In this document: positions 63,136 through 64,000 of the stretch, in pieces
Position numbering within the stretch: the stretch's first letter is position 1
Layout: the number at the start of each line of letters is the position of its first letter
Origin: Octopus sinensis
Taxonomy: Eukaryota
Direction of reading: 5' to 3'
Assembly: GCF_006345805.1 (NCBI RefSeq)
Contig: NC_043003.1
Span: forward strand, 30,876,001-30,940,000
DNA: 64,000 nt
The notes under the pieces: generated by a model
Databases searched by the model: none
What the model saw: only the letters and a program-made list of their open reading frames with translations
What the model was told of the DNA's origin: nothing
Translations under genes and position numbers: made by a program

Positions 63136-64000
63136 GATCATGTGATGGAGGCTTGTTTGCATATCATCAAGTCTATTCCTTCTCTTTGGGTGTCTCTTGA
63201 GTTCACTGCAGATGCGTTGTGAAGGTCTTTTAACTCTGTCACTCTAATGAAATTCCTTACACATGTATACACATTCATACACATATACAAACATACACAC
63301 ACTCGGTGTGAGTGATTTACATATGCAGAGAAAGAGTGAAAGAGAATGTGGTAAATATATGTAAAGGGGGATGTTTACAATGAGAAAAGCATAAAAGACA
63401 GAGAGACAGATATATATAGATAGGCACTTGTCTCCTCACTAACTTGCATTGCATGTCATATCAAGAGAGAGTGGGGAGCAGCATGCATGAGAAAGGTACA
63501 TATACAGAGAGTGAGAGAGAGAGAGAGTAGTGAATATATAGAGAGAGGAGAAAGTTTGCAATGAGAAATGTATAAAAGACTGAAAAAGACTGATAAAGAG
63601 AGGTAGATAGACTGTTATAAGATGTGACACACACACACACACACACACACACCACACACACACACATACACACACATACACACACTCAGGTAATCGGGAG
63701 TTTAAGTTGGTGGCTTCTAAAGACATTGTGTTGGTGATCTGGAAGTTGAGTTATTTCTTGTAGAAAATTATATTTTTTGATTACTCTTTTACTTGTTTCA
63801 GTCATTTGACTGTGGCCATGCTGGAGCACCACCTTTAGTCGAGTAAATCGACCCCAGGCCTTATTCTTTGTAAGCCTAGTACTCATTCTATCAGTCTCTT
63901 TTGCTGAACCGCTAAGTTACGGGGACGTAAACACACCAGCATCGGTTGTCAAGCAATGGTGGGGGGGACAAACACAGACACACAAACATATACACACATA

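Noticed and set aside
62592-63162. Poly-Asn, poly-Ile and poly-Tyr ORFs
   Set aside because: They are translations of the (AAT)n array.

Overview
AT-rich, repeat-dense animal genomic DNA. The repeat families and microsatellite load resemble Octopus/coleoid cephalopod DNA; this is an inference. The one securely recognisable host gene is a PP2C/PPM-family Ser/Thr phosphatase on the + strand (MGHTLSEPVT...MQGWRI|NMEDAH...FGVFDGHG), which continues past the right edge. Its first two conserved coding exons (52379-52481 and 61671-61754) are separated by a ~9.2 kb GT-AG intron with textbook minor-spliceosome (U12) signals. An upstream exon (47136-47212) may add an in-frame hydrophobic leader. A probable last exon of a second, unidentified + strand gene lies at 1905-~2340. 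The rest is intron/intergenic sequence filled with: at least four tRNA-headed SINE families; RTE 3' ends, one carrying a GC-rich higher-order minisatellite; a 5'-truncated CR1 LINE; a Penelope fragment with a GIY-YIG domain and a hammerhead-ribozyme motif; R4/Dong-like RLE fragments; Tc1/mariner and hAT relics; Helitron-like repeats; and long compound microsatellites. There is one 100-N gap (26654-26753). Almost all ORFs in the supplied track are microsatellite or repeat artefacts. No CRISPR array, rRNA or genuine tRNA gene was seen. Repeat boundaries are approximate (about +/-10-20 nt) unless exact motifs are quoted.
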